From positions 31,598 to 95,597 of IMG/VR virus record IMGVR_UViG_3300036770_002165: a DNA stretch of 64,000 bases. One strand, 5' to 3'. A program made the translations under genes and the position numbers. Origin of the DNA: a virus. The notes under the pieces were generated by a model. It saw only the letters and a program-made list of their open reading frames with translations. It ran no database searches and was not told where the DNA came from. Of the stretch, positions 9,164-18,071 are shown piece by piece. Within the stretch, counting starts at the first letter, position 1, and every line of letters begins with the position of its first letter.

Positions 9164-10369
9164 ATGGTTGCAGCCAAAGCCCTCCGTGAGGGCATGGAAG
9201 TAGTCATCAACTCCGGGCCCTACACCGGACTGATAGCACGGGTCATCGATCCCACCGTCTTCCCCGACGGGCACCCCGACCAGCGCAAGATCCGTGTTGA
9301 TATCGCTGGTGTCGGTGAGACGCTGATCATTCCCAAGCAGCTCAGCATCACCGGCATGGCCCCCGTGGTGCACAGCGCACCAACTGTGGTTGCCAGTACT
9401 GCACCAGTGCACGTGCCAACCGTGGCCGTGTCCAAAACGCCTATCACATCTCTTGACGATCCTGCCCTTGACCGTTGGCGTCCACAGCGTGCCAGCGTTG
9501 TCAAGGAGTACGTATCTCGAGAGTTGCCTGGCGGTATCAAAGATGTCGATGCGCTAGTCAAGTACTGGCGTGACGACCGCATCGATGGGTACGCCCCTAA
9601 CATCGGCCTGGTTGGTGACACCCAGTCCGGTAAAACAATGCTGGTTGAGGTTCTCGCCCACCTTGTGGCCAAGGAGATGGGGTTGTCTAAGCCCTTGCCG
9701 ATCTTCTTGCTCGCCGGTAACAGCGCCATTACCGACCACGATATGTTCGGCCAATACCGTCCTGACGACACGGGTCAACTCGTGTGGATGGAGGGTGTGG
9801 TTGCCCTAGCCGCACGCATCGGCGGAATCCTGTATCTCGACGAGGTCAACGCAATGCCTGGTGCAGTCACCGCGGCTTTGCACCCGTTAGCTGACGATAG
9901 ACACCAGTTCGTTAACATCCGTAAGCCTGTCGATGACGGGCACGGTGGCATGATGCCTGATGTTGTCAAGGCATCTACTGACCTGTGGATCATGTCGACG
10001 TACAACCCTGGCTATGCCGGTATGAGCAAGGCTAACGAAGCATTCCTCGCACGGTTCCGCTGGTTGCAGTGGAACTACGACGAGGAAGTTGAGAAGAAGT
10101 TGATCAAGTCGCCTGGTGTCAGGTTGCTTGGCCAGTCTCTCCGCAACGCCCGTGAGGGTCGTGCTATCTCAACACCGGTGGGCACATCCGCACTGCAGCG
10201 TCTTGAGCGTGACATCGCCATGTTCGGCGTTGAGTACGCACTCTGGTCGTTCTGCGGGCAGTTCACCAGTAAGGCCGAGCGCACTGTTGTCGAAACCCTA
10301 ATCGAAGACCGAAGCATCCGGCTCATGATTACCACAGAAGTCGAGGGGACAGTTAAGGAGCAAGCATGA
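9164..10369 (+). CDS. MoxR/CbbQ/NorQ-like AAA+ ATPase with N-terminal KOW-like region
   Basis: GDTQSGKT Walker A, LYLDEVN Walker B, TYNPGYAG, AFLARF. Confidence 0.9.
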   Translation: MVAAKALREGMEVVINSGPYTGLIARVIDPTVFPDGHPDQRKIRVDIAGVGETLIIPKQLSITGMAPVVHSAPTVVASTAPVHVPTVAVSKTPITSLDDPALDRWRPQRASVVKEYVSRELPGGIKDVDALVKYWRDDRIDGYAPNIGLVGDTQSGKTMLVEVLAHLVAKEMGLSKPLPIFLLAGNSAITDHDMFGQYRPDDTGQLVWMEGVVALAARIGGILYLDEVNAMPGAVTAALHPLADDRHQFVNIRKPVDDGHGGMMPDVVKASTDLWIMSTYNPGYAGMSKANEAFLARFRWLQWNYDEEVEKKLIKSPGVRLLGQSLRNAREGRAISTPVGTSALQRLERDIAMFGVEYALWSFCGQFTSKAERTVVETLIEDRSIRLMITTEVEGTVKEQA

Positions 10370-12297
10370 CAGACATTGATGAGCCCCAGGAAGTAGTGCC
10401 CGGAGTAATGACCCGCAAGGAGTTACAGAACTCACGATCTAGGCTACGTAACTGGATCACACGAGATGCTGCTAACTCTGAGAAGCGTGCTCGTAACCTC
10501 GCGGCACAGCTGCTAGCAACTGCGGATAACAACTACCTTCACCGCTCCCGTAACGAGAGGATGAAGTCAGACGCGCTAATCAATAGCGTTAGCAATCTGG
10601 CTAGCCGAGTGCTAGTGAGTATGAACGTTACAGCACGGGTTAAAGTGTCCCACGGGTCGGCTAAGTACTCCGGTAGGGCTGTTCAAGCTTACACGGACTT
10701 TGACACGATTAACATTCAGGTTGATCCATCGTCGTTTAACACCAGCAGCATTGAGAGCGTGTCTGAGCTAATCCACGTAATCAAAGGCCTTGTGTACCAC
10801 GAGGGTGGGCATATCGCATGGACTACGCCGATGTCATCGTTGTGTGACAGGATTGGGTGCAGCCGTAACCACGATATCGATGGTAAGCAGTACCCGTTGG
10901 TGTATATGCAGCAGTCGTGGAACGTTCTTGAAGATCAGCGTATGGAACGCGCCATGGTTGTTACCTCTCCGATCATGGCTAAGTACTTCACGAGTATCGT
11001 TGCGAAGTATGCCATTGACCCGCAGCTTCCTGGCCTAGCTTGGCCGTGGCTTGTTGGCCGTACGTATTTGCCAAAGGAATTGCGGCGTGCTGTACGAGCC
11101 GAGGCTGAGCGCATGGAGGCTGCCCACCTTATACCGAGGATGGAGTCCGCTATCTTGGCTTACTGCAATGCCAGCGATGCCAGGACAATGCACGATGCTG
11201 TTATCGAGATGCACATCTGTCTTATGGAATGGCTTTCTTCCAACAACGGCAAGATCAGCGAGGTTGACCGTCACTCTGGCCTTTTCAAAGATGACAAGCG
11301 CAGTTCACAGGAAATGCCAGTTCCCCCAACGCCAATGGAACCAGACGACAACGGTGATTCAAGCGAGGGGGGCAGCCCGTCTGACGACGCTGGTGAGGAC
11401 ACGCAGGAGAAAGACGAGAACGACGGTGACTCAGATAGTGATAAGGATTCCACCGACAAGTCGGCGGGTGATGGTGTTAGTGATAAATCGATCAAGGAAC
11501 AGCTTGAGCAGATCGTAAACCAGAACATCAGTTCAACCAACATTAACGAGGTTAATGAAGTTATGGCTGATATCAACACCAGCCAGGGAATGATGGCTAT
11601 TCGTGACGACACAATCAAGCAGATGAATAACACTGAGGTAACACTGAGCACCGAAGTCCGTAACCGTATGCTTGATGTGCTTGACCGCTTGGTTGTTCAA
11701 GTAGATCCGTCTTGGATGTTCTATCGGGAGAACGGTGTGCTAGACCCCACCGCCTACACGACACGTGAGCCTGGTGACATGAACTTCTGGTCAGGCATGG
11801 ATGGGGATAAGGGCAACGGCCATGATCTCGCTGTGTCTCTGCTTATCGACTCATCAGGGTCGATGGGCAATGAGATCGAGAACGTCAGCATCATGGCTAT
11901 GGGTATCCGTAAGGCGTGCGAGCATTACGATATCCCCTGCACTATCACCACGTTCTCTGAGGACGTACGCTTAGTTGCTGCCGGTGACGAAGAATGCGGG
12001 TTTGTCAAGGTAGAAGCTGGCGGTGGTACGCAAGTGTTCGATGCCATGACCATCCTTGATGACCAGCGTTACGGTAAGCATAACCACCTCGTAGTCATCC
12101 TTACGGATGGTGAATGGAGCGACCTAAAGGACGTGCGTATCTGGGGTAAACCAACGCGCCACATCATGATCGTCGGGTACAACGTAGATCATTCAATCAT
12201 TGCTGATAAGGGCGCTAATAGCGCCATTACCATTAGCAATATCAACGAGCTAGCGCCGCTAGTCACAAACTCCCTGGCTGGGTATTTCGGTAGCTAG
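10366..12297 (+). CDS. CobT/NorD-like vWA protein with metallopeptidase-like N-domain
   Basis: YHEGGH...NVLEDQRME; acidic linker; LLIDSSGSM; VILTDGE. Confidence 0.85.
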   Translation: MTDIDEPQEVVPGVMTRKELQNSRSRLRNWITRDAANSEKRARNLAAQLLATADNNYLHRSRNERMKSDALINSVSNLASRVLVSMNVTARVKVSHGSAKYSGRAVQAYTDFDTINIQVDPSSFNTSSIESVSELIHVIKGLVYHEGGHIAWTTPMSSLCDRIGCSRNHDIDGKQYPLVYMQQSWNVLEDQRMERAMVVTSPIMAKYFTSIVAKYAIDPQLPGLAWPWLVGRTYLPKELRRAVRAEAERMEAAHLIPRMESAILAYCNASDARTMHDAVIEMHICLMEWLSSNNGKISEVDRHSGLFKDDKRSSQEMPVPPTPMEPDDNGDSSEGGSPSDDAGEDTQEKDENDGDSDSDKDSTDKSAGDGVSDKSIKEQLEQIVNQNISSTNINEVNEVMADINTSQGMMAIRDDTIKQMNNTEVTLSTEVRNRMLDVLDRLVVQVDPSWMFYRENGVLDPTAYTTREPGDMNFWSGMDGDKGNGHDLAVSLLIDSSGSMGNEIENVSIMAMGIRKACEHYDIPCTITTFSEDVRLVAAGDEECGFVKVEAGGGTQVFDAMTILDDQRYGKHNHLVVILTDGEWSDLKDVRIWGKPTRHIMIVGYNVDHSIIADKGANSAITISNINELAPLVTNSLAGYFGS

Positions 12298-12334
12298 GTT
12301 GTAGCAACAATAAACACAAGGTAGGGTGAACCAC

Positions 12335-12694
12335 ATGGACCACAACATTGAGAACCAAATCAGAGAGTTTCTGCAGATCAGAGACGCAATCAAGACATTT
12401 GAGCCCAAGCTCAAAGACCTTGAAAACCAACTGAAGCAGTACATGACAGACAACGAGATCAAGAAGATCACCGTCGATGGACGGACCATCACCTTGGTTT
12501 CGTCGCCTGGTGTACGTAACTTCAATGCCGAAGAACTGCAGAAGCTCATCTCCGCAGCAGTGTTCAAGCAAGTCACAGAACCTAAGGTCAAGACAGAACT
12601 TCTTGATGCTGCTGTAAGTCTCGGCAAGATCCCCCAGGATGTTGTCGATCAAGTAACAACAAAAACCCCCTACAACCAGTTGCGAGTCAACTAG
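12335..12694 (+). CDS. coiled-coil phage protein
   Basis: N-terminal coiled coil; architecture like 34987-35415. Confidence 0.65.
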   Translation: MDHNIENQIREFLQIRDAIKTFEPKLKDLENQLKQYMTDNEIKKITVDGRTITLVSSPGVRNFNAEELQKLISAAVFKQVTEPKVKTELLDAAVSLGKIPQDVVDQVTTKTPYNQLRVN

Positions 12695-12703
12695 GAGATA
12701 ACA

Positions 12704-13078
12704 ATGAAAACCATCAAGAGTAGTACGTACAACCTCAACCCCCGCGATCTTGACCTCAAGACTCTGGTTACCCTGGTTGCTGAGGGTTACGTCGAGAGTG
12801 ACATCGCAATCGTCCTCATGGCACGAGCCTCAAACGTAGACGAGGGTGCCCTCGCCAACGCTCTCCGCAAGGTCCCCAAGGCTGTCCGTAAGGCCACCAA
12901 GTGGACCGTCGAAGAGGAGCAGATCATCATCAAGATGTGGAACGAGGGTAAGACCGCTCGTCAGATCGGGGAGATCATGGGCCGCACCGCTGGTTCCGTT
13001 GGTCTCCGTATCAACCACTTGCGTAGCGCAGGCCACGAGCTCGTCTCGCACGAGGCTGGCCGCCGCAAGCAGGCGTAA
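12704..13078 (+). CDS. GcrA-like HTH protein
   Basis: KWTVEEEQIIIKMWNEGKTARQIGEIMGRT..SV. Confidence 0.7.
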   Translation: MKTIKSSTYNLNPRDLDLKTLVTLVAEGYVESDIAIVLMARASNVDEGALANALRKVPKAVRKATKWTVEEEQIIIKMWNEGKTARQIGEIMGRTAGSVGLRINHLRSAGHELVSHEAGRRKQA

Positions 13079-13254
13079 GGAGAGTAAGCCGGAGCCTTCA
13101 GGAACCTTAGTAGGGGTAAGCGTGGTCATTCGCTCCCCTGTCTCCTTTCACCTGAAGGAACTCTCCTCCCTCCCATCCCTATTTCGTTGCTGTTGCGGGG
13201 ATGGGAGGGTGAGTCCGGTTAGACTCCACACCAGCGCAATCGTGGCGCTGTCCA
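13079..13254 (+). ncRNA. putative structured RNA/leader, ending in motif copy 3
   Basis: Six nested or tandem stems in an intergenic gap (see findings). Confidence 0.45.
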
Positions 13255-13265
13255 AGGAGGTCTAT

Positions 13266-13736
13266 ATGAGTCTGTGCCGTGGCCCGCTATGTAGCGAGAA
13301 AGTCGTGGCTAAGGGTTTGTGCGCTGCGCATTATAAGCAGATGCAGCGTGATGGTGTCTTACACGTCATTGAGAAATCCAAACTCCCAGAAGATAAGTTC
13401 TGGAAAAATATCAACCGCACTGACGATGGCTGTTGGTTGTGGACCGGCCCGGTTGACAAGGGTTATGGGCGTATGTACGTGGGTAACAAAGCGTTTCAGG
13501 CGCACCGATGGTCATACGAGCAACACAAGCACATAAGTCTTACCAAGGCTGAGACGCTGGACCACCTATGCCGAAACACGCTGTGCTGTAATCCCGATCA
13601 CCTTGAAAAGGTTTCTCTTATCGAGAATATCGAGCGGCAGCACCTATACCACGCGCTTAACGCCGAGATAAAGCGCCTGCGAGAGTTCTTGATTGATATC
13701 GGGTACAACCCCGACACGCTACAAAAGGAGATGTAA
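13266..13736 (+). CDS. HNH endonuclease
   Basis: CWLWTG..GYG..AHRWSYE..LDHLCRNTLCCNPDHLE; AAGGAGG RBS before ATG 13266. Confidence 0.9.
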   Translation: MSLCRGPLCSEKVVAKGLCAAHYKQMQRDGVLHVIEKSKLPEDKFWKNINRTDDGCWLWTGPVDKGYGRMYVGNKAFQAHRWSYEQHKHISLTKAETLDHLCRNTLCCNPDHLEKVSLIENIERQHLYHALNAEIKRLREFLIDIGYNPDTLQKEM

Positions 13737-13951
13737 TGGAAGAGGAAATCCCTAACGAGGTACAACTTAGGTACATCAAACACCCGTACTTCTGCCCTTA
13801 CTGCGAGAGTGAGAGCATAGGACTGGTTAACCACCCCGAACCATCAGAAGCAGACTTCGTGACTCAGACCGTCGGCTGTGCTGACTGCGACAACGTGTGG
13901 TTAGAGGTGTACCAACTAAGCGGTATCGAGCCGTACCCCAGCCTGCCATGA
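13736..13951 (+). CDS. small zinc-ribbon protein
   Basis: CPYC...CADC. Confidence 0.65.
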   Translation: MEEEIPNEVQLRYIKHPYFCPYCESESIGLVNHPEPSEADFVTQTVGCADCDNVWLEVYQLSGIEPYPSLP

Positions 13952-13992
13952 CCGGGAAAGCATTTCATAACCCTTCCGATAACGGAATAGAT

Positions 13993-14208
13993 ATGAAATC
14001 TGACGACATCGTGACCCGACTATGGCAGTACACGCCAGAAGCGCCAAATATCCCAATGGAGACACGGTTGCTTCTGAATGATGCCGCCAATGAAATTTTA
14101 CGACTTCGGGCTGAAGTCGCCCGTCTAGGCACATTCCTGCATCCAGTTGGAATGGTCATAAACACCTATGGGACAAGCCTGACAAAGAGAGCATGCAATG
14201 AAACCTGA
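13993..14208 (+). CDS. small phage protein (DDIVTRL...A.EI.RLR type), paralog 1
   Basis: MKSDDIVTRL; first 30 nt repeated at 14198. Confidence 0.65.
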   Translation: MKSDDIVTRLWQYTPEAPNIPMETRLLLNDAANEILRLRAEVARLGTFLHPVGMVINTYGTSLTKRACNET

Positions 14209-14512
14209 CGACATCGTGACCCGACTACGGGAATCGCTAGAAATGATTCACCCCGACCCCCAGGATGTGCGCGACGCCATCAACGAGATTGAACGGCTAC
14301 GTGGATACCAGGCAGGATATGCCGGTTTAGTCGAGGATAACTCGACCTATGAAGATGAGGTAGAGCGTCTCAAAGGGTTGTTAGACCCCATCATCAAGGC
14401 ATTCACGGTTCAGGGACCCGTTCCTGCGTACCATGAACACATCAAGCGCGGTTTGAAGAAAGAATGGCCTGTTCTGTACCGAGCGCTAGAACAGGCTAGT
14501 AAACAGTACTAG
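14198..14512 (+). CDS. small phage protein, paralog 2
   Basis: MKPDDIVTRL...AINEIERLR. Confidence 0.7.
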   Translation: MKPDDIVTRLRESLEMIHPDPQDVRDAINEIERLRGYQAGYAGLVEDNSTYEDEVERLKGLLDPIIKAFTVQGPVPAYHEHIKRGLKKEWPVLYRALEQASKQY

Positions 14513-14522
14513 GAGAACCACC

Positions 14523-14972
14523 ATGCAGACATTCGTACCATACGGTAAACACTTCGTTGGTAATGCCGCTGTTCTTGACCGACAGCGATTAGGTAAGCAA
14601 CGAGTCGAAGGATTACAAATCCTCAGAACACTTAAGGGCATCAACTACGGATGGGCCAACCACCCAGCTGTCAAGATGTGGGATGGCTACGAGGACGCCC
14701 TGGGGTATTACACCCTAACCATATGTAACCGTTGGACTTCTTATGGTTACAAAGACACCTGCGCTTACAAGGTGCGCCAAATCCTCCCGCATCTTACTGA
14801 CGCAGTTATTAACCGTGAGCAGATCAGGGAAACGATTGAAATGCCGCCGTGGTTAGACGACCTAGACTTAATGATGTCTCATAGGTCAAACCTGATCCGT
14901 AAGAAGCCTGACTACTATGGACCGATATGGCCAGAGACTCCTAGCTACCTGCCTTACAAGTGGCCCCGCTAA
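14523..14972 (+). CDS. MSMEG_6728-like protein (pyrimidine-dimer glycosylase/EndoV-like)
   Basis: MQTFVPY...LDRQRLGKQRVE...GWANHPAVKMW...SHRSNL. Confidence 0.85.
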   Translation: MQTFVPYGKHFVGNAAVLDRQRLGKQRVEGLQILRTLKGINYGWANHPAVKMWDGYEDALGYYTLTICNRWTSYGYKDTCAYKVRQILPHLTDAVINREQIRETIEMPPWLDDLDLMMSHRSNLIRKKPDYYGPIWPETPSYLPYKWPR

Positions 14973-15367
14973 GCGGCGGCGACCATCTCCCTTACCCGCA
15001 TCTTTCCCCATCCGGTAGGGGTGGTCCAGACGGCGGTGTGAATACCGTAATCGTTTAGCATCTCTTGGCAACGCTCACAAGGCATAGCCATACCTACATA
15101 ACCGCTTCTGGTTACCCGCGCGACGTAGATCTTCGAGCCAGCTACGTCTCCAGCGCGTCGGATCGCCACCTCTTCTGCGTGGTAAGAGACCCCATCAAGA
15201 GACATTACCTTTGAGGGGTGGTTACGGTAACGATTAACACCAGTGCTTAGGACACTCCCACCACGGACGATCACCGCCCCCACTCTCCATTGAGAGTGAG
15301 GTGCGGTAACCGCCTGATCCATAGCGTAGTTAAGCCACCTAAAGTCAGATGAACTCAGGGAGGGCAT
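14969..15367 (-). CDS. Zn-dependent cytidine/dCMP deaminase family protein
   Basis: VGAVIV, HAE, PCERC. Confidence 0.85.
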   Translation of the reverse strand: MPSLSSSDFRWLNYAMDQAVTAPHSQWRVGAVIVRGGSVLSTGVNRYRNHPSKVMSLDGVSYHAEEVAIRRAGDVAGSKIYVARVTRSGYVGMAMPCERCQEMLNDYGIHTAVWTTPTGWGKMRVREMVAAA

Positions 15368-15875
15368 TGTTTTTGATCATTCTTTCTACTGCTGACGTGG
15401 TGGTGTCCAGGTAGGGGGCCAAATCCGCAGCGAGAGATACGGGTTTAGGCTTACCCTCCATTCGGCGCATCCTTTGGATGTCTGTAATCAAATACCTAAC
15501 TGGTATACGTGAATCTTGCTCTAGATTGTCAAGCGACATCTTGCGCCTATCGCGCGAAGTCTGCCCGCCGTACATCCCATAGGTAAGCCCGTTATCCAGG
15601 GCAAACGCTAGGCACTCTTTCCTAACTGAACACTTAGCGCACAGCAACCGAGCGCGGCTAAGCATGTTGCCCTGAAGGTTGGGGTTTGTTGAGTCCTTAG
15701 TTCTTTCTCTGGCCTTCTTCTGGGCCACTGTCATCCCGCTTAGATCTTCTTTTTCGGGAAAGAACACTCTGGTGTCTTTACCCTTGCAGGCTGCCTTGGA
15801 GCGCCATGCGTCATCCCCCCAGTTATTTAGTGATGGTAGTTGTACTTGTCTTTGTAGGTCTAGTTCTAGTTCCAT
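15345..15875 (-). CDS. whiB: WhiB-family regulator with insertion and C-terminal extension
   Basis: W...AACKG..FFP...CAKCSVRKECL...GMYGG. Confidence 0.85.
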   Translation of the reverse strand: MELELDLQRQVQLPSLNNWGDDAWRSKAACKGKDTRVFFPEKEDLSGMTVAQKKARERTKDSTNPNLQGNMLSRARLLCAKCSVRKECLAFALDNGLTYGMYGGQTSRDRRKMSLDNLEQDSRIPVRYLITDIQRMRRMEGKPKPVSLAADLAPYLDTTTSAVERMIKNNALPEFI

Positions 15876-15881
15876 AGTCTT

Positions 15882-16949
15882 TCAGATGTTAGAGATGATG
15901 TCTGTTAGTAGCTTTGTACCAATTGAAATGTCTCGTTTAATCCGTACCACCTCCCTGTTCATGTCCGCCTCCTCTTGTCGTACTCGGTAATCCGACAGCC
16001 TCTTAATGTGCTTACCCCAATCAAGAGGTTTTTTGGCGATCAACCCAACGCCGAGGTCGTGCTGCAGCTCAATGTAGGCGTCGAGGTTGCTGGCGATGAA
16101 TGGCACGCCCGCTGCGGCATACTCAAGGCCCTTGATGTCTGATTTACAACGATTAAAGGGCATGTTGGTCAGCGGTACTATGCCGATATCCATGACCATC
16201 AGCTTTGGGTACTGATCGTGGGGGACTAAGGGCATCGTAGACACTGCTTCTTCAGGTACCCCAACACGGGAAGCAAAAGAGGGGGCCTTATCAGTTACCC
16301 CTCCGTGAAACAAGCGGATGCTCTCGTTGCGGACTAGCGGGGCAAGCACACCTTTGAGGGTTTCAAGGTCCCCTGAGCGATGCTTGGTACTACCTACCCA
16401 CCCAACTGTAGGCACTGGCGTGTCGAAGTGCTCACGTGGGGTGAACCGTCTGGCGTCTACGGTGTTCTTGGAGATCACGATCGGCGCACGACAAAAATCC
16501 TTGACACGACTAGCTAGGTAAGGTGTGCTGGCTATGACAAGATCAGATCGTGAGATGATCGACCGATAGTGATTGAAGTTCTCTTTGGGGTTGCGCTTAG
16601 GGTGGTTGTGGTTGAACGCATCGTTAGCTGTTGAAAGGCCCCAATACCAGTCATCAATGTCATTAATGATCTTGATGCCCTGCTTCTGGGAGGCCACAAT
16701 ATGGTCTGCGATACCAGCGTGCATAAGGCGCTGCATGAGGATCACGTCGACATCGTGCAACCCACCCGCTTGATCCATGATCCCCAGGTGGTCGTTAATC
16801 CAGGTAAGCGTCCCCGTAACGATAGAAAACGGAAGATGTTCGATGTACTGGCCAACACGGGCCCAACCAGAGCCACCCCACCGTTCTTTTTTATCAGCTG
16901 TCTTCTGCGGACTTGCCCAGTCCCCTGACGCTATTCCTAGTCTTAACAC
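15882..16949 (-). CDS. GT-B glycosyltransferase
   Basis: DIDD, VGWVGS, DIGIVPL...FN.CKSDIKGLEYAAAGVP. Confidence 0.85.
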   Translation of the reverse strand: MLRLGIASGDWASPQKTADKKERWGGSGWARVGQYIEHLPFSIVTGTLTWINDHLGIMDQAGGLHDVDVILMQRLMHAGIADHIVASQKQGIKIINDIDDWYWGLSTANDAFNHNHPKRNPKENFNHYRSIISRSDLVIASTPYLASRVKDFCRAPIVISKNTVDARRFTPREHFDTPVPTVGWVGSTKHRSGDLETLKGVLAPLVRNESIRLFHGGVTDKAPSFASRVGVPEEAVSTMPLVPHDQYPKLMVMDIGIVPLTNMPFNRCKSDIKGLEYAAAGVPFIASNLDAYIELQHDLGVGLIAKKPLDWGKHIKRLSDYRVRQEEADMNREVVRIKRDISIGTKLLTDIISNI

Positions 16950-17097
16950 CCTTTTCCCCTTTGTACACCATTAGATGAACTTTCTTCCCTACCCCGCAAC
17001 AGTGGGTTGGAGCCTCGGTAAGAGGGACAAATACTTCCAACCCACTGTTGCACTTAGGGCACTCGTAGTACCCTGCGGGCAGTAGGGGTTTTTCCAT
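16894..17097 (-). CDS. small Cys-rich protein
   Basis: YECPKC; coupled to upstream stop. Confidence 0.5.
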   Translation of the reverse strand: MEKPLLPAGYYECPKCNSGLEVFVPLTEAPTHCCGVGKKVHLMVYKGEKGVKTRNSVRGLGKSAEDS

Positions 17098-17294
17098 CAG
17101 GCCGACTTTGGCTTGCGACGGTTCCAAGTGGTTGCAAAGGTGCGGATGTCATCCAGGTTCCACAGCGGGGTGGCTGCGAGAGTACGGATGGGCTTAGGGA
17201 AATCGGCGCGCTTACGCAACGCATGGATCTGCTGCTTGGGGCAGCTAAGAAGCTCTGCGACTTCCGCGGTTCCACCGATGTTATTGATGTCCAT
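17097..17294 (-). CDS. AlpA/excisionase-like HTH protein
   Basis: GTAEVAELL...FPKPI...PLW; AAGGAG RBS. Confidence 0.75.
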   Translation of the reverse strand: MDINNIGGTAEVAELLSCPKQQIHALRKRADFPKPIRTLAATPLWNLDDIRTFATTWNRRKPKSA

Positions 17295-17334
17295 ACTTGC
17301 TCCTTGTTTTGTACACCGTGGTGGTGTGGGATAC

Positions 17335-17363
17335 ATGATACACGTGTTGTGATCAACGTGCAA
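17335..17363 (-). promoter_or_regulatory. sigmaA-type promoter
   Basis: TTGCAC-N17-TATCAT on minus strand. Confidence 0.55.
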
Positions 17364-17364
17364 C

Positions 17365-17976
17365 TTACGGGTGGCGTTGAATTGTGGTGTACTTGTTACA
17401 TGGGGTAGCCCATGGCCCACGCCAGCCACAGCCGTGCTTTTCTTCGCCGTACAACCAGATGGCTAGGCCAGCCCGGAGGTTGATCTCTGGATTGTAAAGG
17501 TCATCACAGGTGGTAAGGATGCCACGGTCCTGCAACCAACCAGCCTTTGACCATTGTGAGGGCCTGCACCAGTAGCCGTTGATCTGCATCAGGCCGCGAG
17601 AGCCGGACATAGGGTCGGTCTTGTTGTGGCTACCGATGTTGCACCGACTCTCTCGGTACAAAACGTATGAAAGAGTCGGCCACTCCTCTGCTGGCCACCC
17701 AACTAGAAGGGCCAACTCGCGCCACTCGCCACACTTACCGTAGGTATCCCTGGCGATTTGCTTGAAGTCAACCCCGGACAGATCGGGGAATGTGGTTGTG
17801 GTTGTAGGTGCTGGGGTTGCTGGTGGTTGTGTTGTAGGTGCCGCCGTGGTGGTAACCACAGTAGTCGTTGTCGACTCGGGGGCCGCTGCTGGTGTTCCTA
17901 CTTGCCCTGCGCAGAAGGTGATCACGAGACTTGCGATTGCTACACCTACTGCTCTGGGGATGGTGAGGATACTCAA
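17365..17976 (-). CDS. secreted SLT/lysozyme-like transglycosylase
   Basis: Signal peptide, T/P-rich linker, RESRC, GLMQING, NPEINL. Confidence 0.8.
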   Translation of the reverse strand: MSILTIPRAVGVAIASLVITFCAGQVGTPAAAPESTTTTVVTTTAAPTTQPPATPAPTTTTTFPDLSGVDFKQIARDTYGKCGEWRELALLVGWPAEEWPTLSYVLYRESRCNIGSHNKTDPMSGSRGLMQINGYWCRPSQWSKAGWLQDRGILTTCDDLYNPEINLRAGLAIWLYGEEKHGCGWRGPWATPCNKYTTIQRHP

Positions 17977-18000
17977 TAGTCTGCTCCTTGATAGGCGGAT

Positions 18001-18033
18001 AAAGCAAACGCCCTACTTTGGACGTAGGGCGTT
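18001..18033 (-). terminator. intrinsic terminator-like hairpin
   Basis: AACGCCCTAC/GTAGGGCGTT then TGCTTT on minus strand. Confidence 0.6.
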
Positions 18034-18071
18034 GACTCAATGTTACCATCTGGTTACGAAAAGTTCCTACA

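Noticed and set aside
13079-13254. tRNA or group I intron
   Set aside because: No cloverleaf or T-loop consensus and no interrupted gene; no tRNA was recognised anywhere in the window.
12846-13265. 140-aa N-terminal extension of the HNH ORF in the track
   Set aside because: Overlaps the GcrA-like gene and the structured region; a strong RBS precedes ATG 13266.
17097-17294. Excisionase implying a prophage boundary
   Set aside because: No integrase, att site or host genes in the window.
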